DNA of 64,000 nucleotides from Eledone cirrhosa (Eukaryota): NCBI GenBank assembly GCA_964016885.1, contig OZ024750.1, positions 18,042,001 to 18,106,000 of the forward strand, read 5' to 3'. Shown piece by piece: positions 1 to 49,410 of this stretch (position 1 is its first letter; each line of letters starts with the position of its first letter). The notes under the pieces were generated by a model. It saw only the letters and a program-made list of their open reading frames with translations, ran no database searches and was not told where the DNA came from. The position numbers and the translations under genes were made by a program.

Positions 1-419
1 CATAAATACATACTCACATATACATACATACATACATACATACATACATACATACATACATACATACATACATACATACATACATACATACATACATACA
101 TACCGGTTTCGATGTATTATAAAATTCATCTTATCAAATGTTGAGCATTACAATTAATAAGAATTAAAAACAGAAAATTAAAGATCTAAAATTAAGAGGT
201 AAGTTTTTTTCCCATCTTCCTTGCTTAGAAGGGGACTAGAGAATGAACCCTTGCATATAGAGAGAGGTGGAGTCATGAAGTAGCAGCAACAGTAATGGCA
301 GGTGTGTTTCTTCACAGAACAATATATATATACAGATAGGAAGAGAGGATGATTTACTAAAATATACACACAAAATCTACAGATTTTTTGTTTCTGATTT
401 TCTTTTTTTTATGCCACAG

Positions 420-36734
<36,315 letters not shown>

Positions 36735-37640
36735 AACAAATACAAGGTTAGTCCTCTTTATCCATCAATCTAGCTATCGGGATGGAGTTAGCTCCCCCAC
36801 TAGAGTGAACCTCATGAGTTGGTATGGTCATTTCAACGCGTCTCCCTCACTATCCTCTGATATAATGCTTTCTTTATTCTGTCCACTGAGGTTCTGCTCA
36901 TTGGAGAATGTTCTCCCACATTGTCCAGGCATATATTATTCCGGTTGCGATAATAGTGGCATTTTAGTTTGTTGTTGTTGTTGTTGTTTCTTTTTTGTAT
37001 TATTTGTATTGTTGTGACATCTAAGGATAGGGAAGCTATGTGGCTTAGTGGTTCGGGTATTCGACTCATGATCGTAAGGTCATGAGTTCCATTCCGGGAC
37101 CAGGTGTCACATTGTGTCTTTGCGCAAGACACTTTATTTCATGTTACTCCAATCCACTCAGTTGGCAAAGATGAGTTGTACCTGTAATTCAAATCACCTG
37201 CCTTGTCACACATTGTGTCATGCTGAATCTCACTGAGAACTATGTTAAGGGTGCTGTGGAATGTGCAATTGTCTGATATAACTCTTTCATTACCATATTT
37301 CTAATAAAAGACACTGTGTGTGAGTTTCAAATCATTTTGAAAATAGTGAAAATTTTGGAAGGATTTAGTAATATAACTAACTTTGTCATTATTAAGCTGA
37401 TGCTTGGAGCATAACATAAGTTTCTTGCATGAAATTATGGCAGAAAACTTTTAGATAAATATTAACACTTTAAAAAAAACAATTTTGTACCAAAGAAACA
37501 TGGGTGCTTTCAGATGGTTTAGTATGAAAATAAATATTAAAATCTCGTTTTTTCAATGGGATAATTATGTGAGATAAAGCCTTTTCTGTGAACATACAAT
37601 AGTAAATATAGAGCAATGTGAATGCTAAAGGGTTAATCTT

Positions 37641-37677
<37 letters not shown>

Positions 37678-37890
37678 TTTCTTATATAGGCACAAGGCCA
37701 GCAAATTTGGGGGAGAGGAAGTCGATTAAATCGACCCCAGTGCGTGACTGGTACTTTATTTTATCGACCTCGTAAGGATGAAAGGCAAAGTTAACCTTGG
37801 CGGGATTTGAACTCAGAATGGCAAGGACCGTAACTCAATGTGTCAAAGCATGGCGTCCGACCCTCTACCGATACTGCCAATCCACCGCCC

Positions 37891-37940
<50 letters not shown>

Positions 37941-37941
<1 letters not shown>

Positions 37942-38645
37942 TTTTCTTTATTGGCCACAAGGGCTAACATGAAGAAAAACATTACAGATGGCACAGAACG
38001 GTAGAGGACAATACAAAGTGGGTTTTGACCGTGTAAAAAGGTTATAACAAGAAGATAGAAATGTGTAAAAACAAATCAAAAAATTCAAACAACAAAAATT
38101 CCCTAAAAAGGGAGAAACCTCCGAGGGTCACTCGTGGGGAAAACCACACAAAAGACCACGGCCACTCTGACTACCAGGGCAAGCACCCTCTCTCAGTTCT
38201 CCCACTCCTCAGTCTACAGGCGCATACTCAGAACAGGCCATTCACTCGAACCAGATTCGCCACTTTCAATGTTTTCTTTATTAACCACAAGGGTTGACAT
38301 AAAGTATAACATTAAGGACAGCACAGGCCGGTGTAGGATGGTACAAATGGGCATTTCTGCATGTAAAGAAAAAAACAAAGAAAATGACAAAAAAGAAATA
38401 AAGGAAAATTCCCCAATAGAGGGGGAGGGGGCTTCCGAGGGACACTCGTGGAGAAAGCCCATTAAAAAAGCCACAGTGACCCTGACCACCAGGGCAAGTG
38501 CCCTCTCCCAGTTTTCCACCTCCAATTTACAAGCGCATACTCATAGTAGGCCCATCCACTCAGGTCATGTTTGCCTCTCTCACCCATCTTTCAACAAATT
38601 GCTGGGAAGAGAGCTCTTCCCTCTCCACCCTGATTTTCCTTTTCA
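37941..38645 (-). mobile_element. Two tandem 3'-end fragments of a related Tx1-type LINE in a (TAA)n tract
   Basis: Two ...gtgg(c/t)aataaagaaaacatt tails; ORF2 C-terminal remnant KRKIRVERE..ERWVREANM. Confidence 0.75.
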
Positions 38646-38715
38646 ATAATAATAATAATAATAATAATAATAATTATAATAATAATAACAATAATAATAT
38701 TTTTATATATTTCAG

Positions 38716-39020
38716 CTCAGACTGTCTCTACCAAAGTATAACAGATGCGAATTATGCAAAAAATTAAATATCATGTGGAATATCATGTATTCTCGTTCGC
38801 TCAAACCAAATATATCAATGCTACATCAGTCGTTCATATATTCTGCATGATTTATTAATTAATCGTGTATTTTGGGTGCTACTAGTAGATACTGGAGAGG
38901 CAGTATCAATATCAGTCATTATTTATATATAAAATCAAAAACGTGTTGCATAAATATGGATGAAAAATAAAACAAATAATATTTGTGAAATATTTCTATC
39001 AATAAAATTCAAGAAAGATA
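38716..39020 (+). other. Putative terminal 3'-UTR exon with polyadenylation signals
   Basis: tatttcag acceptor; non-repetitive sequence; AATAAA at 38966 and 39001. Confidence 0.5.
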
Positions 39021-41619
39021 GTTCCTTTTGCCATTCAGATGCTGGTTTCGAACACAACATTTCATGTAAGTCATAACATTGAGGAGAAGACATACTGTAT
39101 GGATTAAAAAATTATCTAATGCATCTTATGTGAATCTTGGGTAATGACCAAAAGAATACGGTCACGAATACAAGTGGCCAAAATGGTATTTCTCCGAAGG
39201 GTCTTTGGAATAATTGTCTCTACTTTAGGCACAAGGCCAGCAATTACCCAGTGCATTACTGGTACTTTATTTTATCGACCCCGTAAGGATGAAAGGCAAA
39301 GTCAACCTCGGCGGGATTTGAACTCTGATCGTAAAGGGACGTAACTATACTGGAAAGCATGGCGTCTGACCCTCTACTGATACTGCCAATCCACCGCCCT
39401 CGGTCTTTGGAATAATGTTACTTGATAAAGTGTGTAACTTGGAGATCAGAGTCATTCCTGATAGAGCTGTTACTTCTCTGAACTGAGAGATCACAGCTCC
39501 AATACTATGGACATATGGACATATGGTTAGAATTTCTCAGGAAAGAATCGCTGGACAGATTTTATGAGCAAAACCAACAGGGGTCTACCCAGGGGTAGAC
39601 CCCTGAACAAGATGGTTGGATAACATCCATGAGCTTGACTGGTCACACTTGGGGGATCCAGCTGGATCTGTTGGAGACGGTTGCTTCTGACAGGACCCAC
39701 TGGAAGGAGTTTTTGAGGACTCTGACTCTCTCAGGAATAAGTGGGCAAAGAAGAAGAAGATGCTATATATGAGTTTACAAGAGTGTTGGATTGACCGAAT
39801 CGGTAGAGCATCAGACAACGTTTCGCGTCATAGAGTTACGTCCCTTTATGTTTTGATTTCAAATCTCACCGAGGTTAGCTTTGCCTTTCTTCCTTACGAG
39901 CTCGGTAAAATAAATCACCAGTAATGCAATGAGGTCGATTTAATCAACTTCCTCTTCCCCAAATTGTTAGCTTTCTGCTTAAATCAGAAGCCATTATTAT
40001 TTTTTTTATTACAAAAGGGTGGTTGATTGGCAGTATCGGTAGAGGGTTGGACGCCATGCTTTCTAGCATAGAGTTACGTCTCTTTATGATCTGAGTTCAA
40101 ATCCCGCCGAGGTTAACTTTACCTTTCATCCTTACGGGGTCGATAAAATAAAGTACCAGTAATGTGCTGGGTAATCGCTGGCCTTGTGCCTAAAGTAGAA
40201 ACAATTATTATTTTTTTTATTATCATCAATAGCCAATTTCTAACACAGAAACAAGATTCTTTCATTGGAATTTAGATATCACGCAAGTCTATATGTGTTT
40301 GTACATGTGTCTGTGTAGATGTCATTGCACATTTGGATCTGTATGTTTTGAGTTATATGTGCATATATGCATATGTTTCTATGTTTATATGTATGTAGGT
40401 ATGTATGTATGCATTCATATGTGTGTATGTACACATGTATGTATGTGAGTATATGCGACCTCTGGCGTCACGCAGTAATACAGAGTACCCGACCTCCCAT
40501 GGGTACAAGCTGAAGCATATAGACAATATGTCCCCACACCCCACTGCAAGGTGGTCGTGGAGGTGCCACGGCAAAAAAGCACCCAGCCCACACTGTAAAT
40601 GAGGTTGGTGTTAGGAAGGGCATCCAGCTGTAGAAATCAAGCCAAAATCAGTTCCTGTATGAGCAAGGCATGGTCAGCCGACCAGACACTGCCCACAACA
40701 GGACAACCCGTCTAACCCATGCTAGCATGGAAGAACGGACGTAAAATGGTGATGATGATGATGATGATGTGTGTGTCAGGTTTTCTTGATTTTGCGTATA
40801 TTTTTGATCACCCACCTTCCCAGCATCAAGGTTGTAAAGAAAAGGAAATTTCCATCATCTCTTGTGCAACCATTTATCCTTTGAATCATAAGATGGTTTC
40901 ACAGATTTTGAAAGTTCCAAATATTGCGACCATTTGCAGCTTATGAAATATAGAGTTGTATTCTTACTCCATAAATTTAGACATACTTTGGTTCAGGTGG
41001 GTATGTGTATAACATGTAGCTTCAATAATAATTGTTTCTACTTTTGGCACAAGGCCAGCAATTATCCAGTACATTACTGGTACTTTATTTTATCGACCCC
41101 ATATGGATGAAAGGCAAAGTTAACTTCGACGGGATTTGAACTCAGACCGTAAAGGGACGTAACCATGCTAGAAACGTCCATGTAGCTTCAATAATAATAG
41201 CTATGAAACTGAATGGGTATCTTGTGCACCTCTTCATCAATGGTCTGTAGATATCATCCTTTTCTTTTATCTTTGTTAACATTAACATTGAGTAGACAGC
41301 TGACTTCTACAACAAAACATGTTTTCAATCTCTTGTCCCAAACAACAATGTCAGGCCAGTTTTTAAGGTGGTAACGGTGGTGCCATGACAAAAAGCACCC
41401 AGTCCACTCCATAAGGTGTTACTCTTAGTGCCACAAAAATTCGCCCAGTACTCACTGTAAAGTGGTTGGCATTAGGCAAAGTATCCAACTGTAGAAACCA
41501 TGCCAAGCACAGAAAATAGACATTAAATGGTGATAACAGTGATGTTGATTGATATGACTCTGTACACATCATCATCATCATCATCATCATTCTATGATGG
41601 CCTTCCTAATACCAATCAC

Positions 41620-44145
41620 TATGCAAAGTGTACTGGGTGCATTTTCTTGTGGCATTACCACTATCACTTTACAGAATAGCATGGGTGCATTTTATCATGG
41701 TACCAGCACTACCACATTACAGAGTGTACTGGGTGCACTTTCTTATGGCACTACCACTGTCACTTTTCAGAGAATAGTAGGCGTATTTTATCATAGCACT
41801 ATCACTACCACTTTACAGAGAATACTTGGCGTATTTTATCATAGCACTATCACTACCACTTTACAGAGAATACTGGGCGTATTTTATCATAGCACTATCA
41901 CTACCACTTTACAGAGAATACTGGGTGTATTTTATCATAGCACTATCACTACCACTTTACAGAGAATACTGGGTGTATTTTATCATAGCACTATCACTAC
42001 CACTTTACAGAGAATACTGAGTGTATTTTATCATAGCACTATCACTACCACTTTACAGAGAATAGTGAGTGTATTTTATCATAGCACTATCACTACCACT
42101 TTACAGAGAATACTGGGTGTATTTTATCATAGCACTATCACTACCACTTTACAGAGAATACTGAGTGTATTTTATCATAGCACTATCACTACCACTTTAC
42201 AGAGAATAGTGAGTGTATTTTATCATAGCACTATCACTACCACTTTACAGAGAATACTGGGTGTATTTTATCATAGCACTATCACTACCACTTTACAGAG
42301 AATACTGGGTGTATTTTATCATAGCACTATCACTACCACTTTACAGAGAATACTGAGTGTATTTTATCATAGCACTATCACTACCACTTTACAGAGAATA
42401 GTGAGTGTATTTTATCATAGCACTATCACTACCACTTTACAGAGAATACTGGGTGTATTTTATCATAGCACTATCACTACCACTTTACAGAGAATACTGA
42501 GTGTATTTTATCATAGCACTATCACTACCACTTTACAGAGAATACTGGGTGTATTTTATCATAGCACTATCACTACCACTTTACAGAGAATACTGAGTGT
42601 ATTTTATCATAGCACTATCACTACCACTTTACAGAGAATAGTGAGTGTATTTTATCATAGCACTATCACTACCACTTTACAGAGAATACTGGGTGTATTT
42701 TATCATAGCACTATCACTACCACTTTACAGAGAATACTGGGTGTATTTTATCATAGCACTATCACTACCACTTTACAGAGAATACTGAGTGTATTTTATC
42801 ATAGCACTATCACTACCACTTTACAGAGAATAGTGAGTGTATTTTATCATAGCACTATCACTACCACTTTACAGAGAATACTGGGTGTATTTTATCATAG
42901 CACTATCACTACCACTTTACAGAGAATACTGAGTGTATTTTATCATAGCACTATCACTACCACTTTACAGAGAATACTGGGTGTATTTTATCATAGCACT
43001 ATCACTACCACTTTACAGAGAATACTGAGTGTATTTTATCATAGCACTATCACTACCACTTTACAGAGAATAGTGAGTGTATTTTATCATAGCACTATCA
43101 CTACCACTTTACAGAGAATACTGGGTGTATTTTATCATAGCACTATCACTACCACTTTACAGAGAATACTGAGTGTATTTTATCATAGCACTATCACTAC
43201 CACTTTACAGAGAATACTGGGTGTATTTTATCATAGCACTATCACTACCACTTTACAGAGAATACTGAGTGTATTTTATCATAGCACTATCACTACCACT
43301 TTACAGAGAATACTGGATGTATTTTATCATAGCACTATCACTACCACTTTACAGAGAATACTGAGTGTATTTTATCATAGCACTATCACTACCACTTTAC
43401 AGAGAATACTGGGTGTATTTTATCATAGCACTATCACTACCACTTTACAGAGAATACTGGGTGTATTTTATCATAGCACTATCACTACCACTTTACAGAG
43501 AATAATGAGTGTATTTTATCATAGCACTATCACTACCACTTTACAGAGAATACTGAGTGTATTTTATCATAGCACTATCACTACCACTTTACAGAGAATA
43601 CTGAGTGTATTTTATCATAGCACTATCACTACCACTTTACAGAGAATACTGAGTGTATTTTATCATAGCACTATCACTACCACTTTACAGAGAATACTGA
43701 GTGTATTTTATCATAGCACTATCACTACCACTTTACAGAGAATACCGAGTGTATTTTATCATAGCACTATCACTACCACTTTACAGAGAATACTGAGTGT
43801 ATTTTATCATAGCACTATCACTACCACTTTACAGAGAATACTGAGTGTATTTTATCATAGCACTATCACTACCACTTTACAGAGAATACTGAGTGTATTT
43901 TATCATAGCACTATCACTACCACTTTACAGAGAATACTGAGTGTATTTTATCATAGCACTATCACTACCACTTTACAGAGAATACTGAGTGTATTTTATC
44001 ATAGCACTATCACTACCACTTTACAGAGAATACTGAGTGTATTTTATCATAGCACTATCACTACCACTTTACAAGGTGTACTGGGTGTGTTTTCTCGTTA
44101 CACTACCGCTAACACTTTACAGAATGTACTGGGTGAATTTTTATT
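41620..44145. repeat. 48-bp minisatellite, ~50 copies; source of the spurious 855-aa ORF
   Basis: Unit cactttacagagaatactg(g/a)gtgtattttatcatagcactatcactac. Confidence 0.97.
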
Positions 44146-44773
44146 GTATCACCAACACTAGAGAGGTTGACAGGACCAAAAGAGTCTCTTCTACCCTTTG
44201 TTGTCCTGGTCTGTCAATCACCACATTACAGTGGGTACTGTGTGAGTTCTGTCATGAGGATGGCTCATCCACTGCAGGCTGAATTGACCTTTCCTCTCCC
44301 AGTATTCTCTGATCTCTCACCATATTTGCCTACTTTTAGCATGGCAGGACTTGTACTAGTAAGCAGGTGTACATTATACATATTGTAGAAAATGTAACAA
44401 ATATAGAAGCACTACAGAAATATTTTAAGTCTTTACATCCTCTCTACTGCATGGATTTTCATTAGCATGATATTCTTACACAAAACAGCACTATGAGTAC
44501 ATCATATTAAAAATTAAAGTCTTTAGTTTACTGTAAATTTTCACAATTATTTGTCCATTAATAAAGATATAACAAACATGAATTAACAAATCCGTTTTTA
44601 GATATTTGCTACTAAATTATAGCAGGATGTTAAAAGTCAATAACACTTTTTGAATATAAACAGTATGTTTATTAGAATAATATTTTTAATTGATGTCATT
44701 TAGATATATTCAATCTCACAAGAATTCATTGTTGCACCAACAATCTTCAGAATATCATTTATATAATTTAAAA

Positions 44774-44994
44774 CTATAACTCGTTAAGATCCAAGTCATT
44801 TAGAAAGGATGTTAAATTGAGGCGGTTTACTATTTTCATTACCTTCCTGACATCTACGTAAGAGGTAATGTCTGCTATAAAATTTGATACTATTGTCTTA
44901 AAGGTATCATGTTCCAGAAGCTTCTTAATTGACTCATTGTTAATTTTGTCACTGTTTTTCTTAGACTTCCCACCTTTAACACCATTGGAAAACA
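44774..44994 (-). CDS. Small secreted protein, coding exon 2: (V)FSNGVKGGKSKKNSDKINNESIKKLLEHDTFKTIVSNFIADITSYVDVRKVMKIVNRLNLTSFLNDLDLNEL*; 88 aa total
   Basis: ttttgcttttcag acceptor in matching phase 1; stop at 44774; AATAAA on the - strand at 44668-44673. Confidence 0.8.
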
Positions 44995-45710
44995 CTGAAA
45001 AGCAAAAAAGCAAAACGAAAATGTGAACAAAACAGAAACAATGACTGCATCACATTAAAAATTACACTTTTTTTAGACACACACACACACACATACAGCG
45101 TAGAAAATGGAACACCAGCCAGTGTTTTGCTATAGTTTTTTCACCATCCCCTTCCTCCCCTTTACACATACATACGTTCACACAAACACACACACTGTGT
45201 GATAGGCGGATGGATGGAAACCACTCAAATTTATATACTATTTATGTGCTTCAATTAATTTTGAAAACAATCAAACAATTAGAAGAATTTAATAAAATAA
45301 CTAAGTTTTTCATTAGTAAGCAGATAATCAGAACGTTACTTAAGAAAAATGTCCAAAATAAAATTATAATGAAAGGTTTTAATATAAAGATAAACATTTT
45401 AATACAAGAAGTTTTGTATCCTAAATTCTGACTGGTTTCTGGTGGTTTGGTATGAAAAGAGTTAATGCTAATTTATTAATTGTTTCTACATTTGGCACAA
45501 GGTCAGAAATTACCCAGTACATTACTGGTACTTTATTTTATCGACTCTGTAAGGATGAAAGGCAAAAATAGCCTCGGCGGGATTTGAACTCAGATCGTAA
45601 AGGGACGTAACTATGGTGGAAAGCATGGCGTCCAACTCTCTACTGATTGTGCATTCACCATTAATGCTAATTTATTAATGTGGTTTACTAATTCAGAGAA
45701 ATATACTCAC

Positions 45711-45756
45711 CAGGAAATGTGACAAGAAGAAGCAGGGAAAAAAATATAAGCCGCAT
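45711..45756 (-). CDS. Small secreted protein, coding exon 1: signal peptide MRLIFFSLLLLVTFP
   Basis: tttag acceptor (exon starts 45775), ATG at 45756, G|gtgagt donor (phase 1), hydrophobic core. Confidence 0.8.
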
Positions 45757-45969
45757 TGTGTGTATTGATTATTACCTAAAAAACAAATAACAGATATGTG
45801 TATATTTACGAATGGATATATGTGAACACACACTCATACATACCTACACACACACACACAGTTATAGAGGGATTGGACGGTACCTCTATAACTACATCAA
45901 CAGTTCAGGACTTATCGATGACATGTGTGTGTTTGTGTGTGTGTGTGACTGGTGAGATATAGTTGATGA

Positions 45970-46172
45970 TGTTCAGAAAGGATGTTAAATTGAGATGGTT
46001 TACTATTTTCATTACTTTCCTGACATCTATGTAAGAGGCAATGTCTGCTATAAACTTTAATACTATTGTCTTCAAGGTATCATGTTCCAGAAGCTTCTTA
46101 ATTGACTCATTGTTAATTTCGTCATTTCTTTTCTTAGACTTCTCACTTTTAACACCATTGTAAAACACTGAA
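45970..46172 (-). pseudogene. Diverged, 3'-truncated duplicate of coding exon 2, inside intron 1
   Basis: VFYNGVKSEKSKKRNDEINNESIKKLLEHDTLKTIVLKFIADIASYIDVRKVMKIVNHLNLTSFLN; retains tttcag acceptor. Confidence 0.8.
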
Positions 46173-46620
46173 ATGTGTGACTGGTGAGATATGGTTGATG
46201 ATGATGTGTGTGCGTGTGTATGTGTATGTGTGTGTGTATGTGTGTGTATGTGTGAGACTGGTGAAATATGGTTGATGATGATGTGTGCGTGTGTGTGTGT
46301 GTGTGACTGGTGAGATATGGTTGATGATGGTGTGTATGTGTGTGTGACTGGTGAGATATGGTTGATGATGATGTGTGTGCGTGTGTATGTGTATGTGTGT
46401 GTGTATGTGTGTGTATGTGTGAGACTGGTGAAATATGGTTGATGATGATGTGTGCGTGTGTGTGTGTGTGTGACTGGTGAGATATGGTTGATGATGGTGT
46501 GTATGTGTGTGTGACTGGTGAGATATGGTTGATGATGATGTGTGTGTGTGTGTGACTGGTGAGATATGGTTGATGATGTGTGTGTGTGTGTGACTGATGA
46601 GATATGGTTGATGATGTTCA
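46173..46620. repeat. Compound minisatellite (gtgactggtgagatatggttgatgatg + GT runs)
   Basis: About 9 units here, plus one at ~45930-45970. Confidence 0.9.
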
Positions 46621-47713
46621 GATGTAGGTCAACATCTGAAGAAAAAAAATTATGAGCCTGCGAGGAACCCTCTGCATGGTCACTCGACCTCTTATAAACA
46701 ACAAACAATGATATCTCCCTCAAACCACAACCTACCAGTTTAAGAAGGGTAAAACACATTGAATGAAAGCCATGAATTGGCAGTCATTAGAATGTCGGTA
46801 TTTGTTCTGGCTCTCTGCACTCTGAGAGAAGGATCCAATGAGTGACCTTAGAAGAAGACAGCACATAGCCTGCTAGTTCAGAGGAGCTGTAGTTGTTGTT
46901 GCCATAGAAAAAATAGTATTTGTGAATTAGTATCTGTAGTGTGTTGTTGAATGAATTATTGCTAATCACTTGACTGTTCTCTTTTATAGAAACTAAAATG
47001 TTTGAGTGTAACAAAAGAACTGTCCCAGAAATAATTAGAATTACATTAGATTGATGTAAATTATATTTCAATTTAATTGTTGTAGTTTAATAGATTGAAA
47101 GGGAACTTTAGTGGGTGAGGAACGAGAGAGAAGCCAGATCTTGAGAGATGTAATTGGCAACACTGAGTAGGGTTTAGTTGAAGTAATGATAGAACCAACA
47201 TGTTAAGGGTAGCTGAAATGGGCAGAAAAGTTGAATAAATGTAATTTTTATTGAAATTTCCACATTTAAATTTGAAATTAGAAATGATAATATACAAGGG
47301 GTTGGGTTACAATTGATCAAATCAACTCCAGTATAATAGTAATATTTATTTTAACGATTCTAATTTAATGAGATAGAAGTTGAACCCAGAATAATTTCAA
47401 TTAGTAGTAGTAAATTACTACTAGCTTATCAATCGATATTATTGCCATCTGGGCCAGATTAAGTCCATCTGAAGACCTAAGAACTAAAAACTTTATTGTG
47501 TCCCTTCTCCATATATAAATTCAACAAAAGAAATTTAGGCGGAATGGACAAATACATTTAATTTTGATAAAATAGTGTCTATTCCCTTCATGCCTTATGC
47601 ATGTGCTTATTTCCCTTAATAGTTAATACAGCTATACAGTAGCATACCAATTCTAAAGACGAGAATTCATTCTCTATTCTGTAAAGAAAAACACAAATTA
47701 CATAATTACTCAC

Positions 47714-47760
47714 CTGCACCAGTATGTGTGTATATGTTCTTTGTTGGTTCTCAACTGAAT
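47714..47760 (-). other. Putative non-coding first exon of the secreted-protein gene
   Basis: Perfect CAG|gtgagt donor at 47714; Inr-like TCAGTT near 47758. Confidence 0.45.
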
Positions 47761-48731
47761 ATGTTCTAGCTTAGCATAAGAGACGTGTCACAAACCTCGT
47801 GTCATCTTATATGATGTGGGCCTCAAATGTTGTGACAATATGATCAGTGTTGTGACAGTTTTCTTCAGTCATTCAGTTTAACATTTTGTTTTTGTCAACT
47901 ATAGTTAGATACATCATCATCATCATCATTTAACATCCATCTTCCACACTAGCACAGGTTAGACGGTTTTGTACCATTTGATGCTAGAATGGTCGGGAGA
48001 CCATGTCTCTCTCGCACGGAAGTTAGACACGTTTATATAGTTAGACACATTTTTGGTAAAATTTCAAAAAAAGAAATGCAGCTTTCTTTTCTTCATTCAG
48101 CAGTTTATTCTTTCCTTAATTCTTTCCTTTTTAATATATTTAGACCAGGGGCATGCAACAGGCTGCCCATGGGCCACAATTCGGCCTGCCAGACCAGTCA
48201 GAGTGGCCTGCGATGACCGTTTTTAATTTTTACCTTGTAGGCTTATTAGAAAATTTTTCATAACCGTAATACAATTTTCTGATTCTAAAGGGCTTCACTG
48301 GTAGGGTTATGTGTGTGATAATTTCACAGTTCCGTCTTATGAAAAGAAGTTGTGGTGAATCTTTGGAATAGTGCTTAATAAATATTTGTTTCTACTTTAG
48401 GCACAAGGCCAGCAATTACCCAGTTCATTACTGGTACTTTATTTTATCGACCCCCGTAAGGATGAAAGGCAAAGTCAACCGCGGCGGGATTTGAACTCAG
48501 ATCGTAAAGGGACGTAACTATGCTGGAAAGCATGGCGTCCGACCCTCTACCGATACTGCCTGATGGCCTAATAGTTGTTCCAATGTTCAAAAATGGCCTG
48601 CCTATATATATTATATAGTAATAATAATAAATTTGAAGACTAAAATTCTTTGCTTAAACTTTAATCTGTTATTTTAATAAATATATATATATATTATATA
48701 TAGTCATGTAATAAACAACATAAGATAATTA

Positions 48732-48792
48732 TTTCATTTACCAGTGGTTTCTTGAAAGCAAACAAAATTTGCTTTCAGTCATCAGAATGAAA
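48732..48792 (-). ncRNA. Type I hammerhead ribozyme, same family as 3532
   Basis: Near-identical to 3362-3422, within a partial copy (48706-48895) of the same element. Confidence 0.7.
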
Positions 48793-48929
48793 AAATGAAA
48801 TAATTATCTTATGTTGTTTATTACATAACTATTAAGCTCTGTAACCTACATAGAGCACTCTTTTTTCCTGGACCTTTCTGACGGAAGTACTTCATATATT
48901 ATATATATATATATTATATATATATATAT

Positions 48930-49410
48930 GATGAAGAAGGGTTTCTCCTTGCGTACAAAAGGCTGGTTATATGATGCCTGTGTGAGGTGCACGATGCTGT
49001 ATGGTAGTGAGATATGGGCAGCAACTGCAGAGGATATGCGATGGGTGGAGAGAAATGAAACAAGCATTCTCCTTTAGATGTGCAATGTCAATGTGCGGGA
49101 ACGGCCGAGCATGGATGTGTTGAGAGAGAAACTGTGTCTGAGAGGGATAAATTGTTGTGTGCGATAGTATGGACATGTGATGTGCATGGAGGATGACCGC
49201 TGGATAAAGAAGTGCCAAGAAATCCCAGTAGAAGGAAGACACAGTAGAGGTGGACAACAAAAAACATGGGCGGAGGTGGTGAGAGCAGACCTCAGATCAC
49301 TGAAACTCACGGAGGAGTTGACAAAGGACCGTGACAAATGGAGAGATGCTGAATAGGACCCGTCCAACCCTTGCAAGCAGGGAAAAGCGGACGTAAAATG
49401 ATGATGATGA
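48930..49410 (+). mobile_element. RTE-clade LINE 3' relic with (GAT)n tail (related relics at ~20580, 29880, 32340, 39120; tail-sharing elements at 7240, 27540, 40520, 60570)
   Basis: Degenerate GFSLRTKGWLYDACVRCTMLYGSEIW...; tail acccgtccaacccttgcaagcagggaaaagcggacgtaaaatgatgatg. Confidence 0.8.

Noticed and set aside
41594-44161. 855-aa ORF as a real repeat protein
   Set aside because: It is entirely a 48-bp minisatellite derived from a dispersed repeat; the frame is open only because the unit is a stop-free multiple of 3.
45905-46759. 284-aa His/Thr-rich ORF
   Set aside because: Read-through of a minisatellite into the duplicated exon fragment; no credible start.
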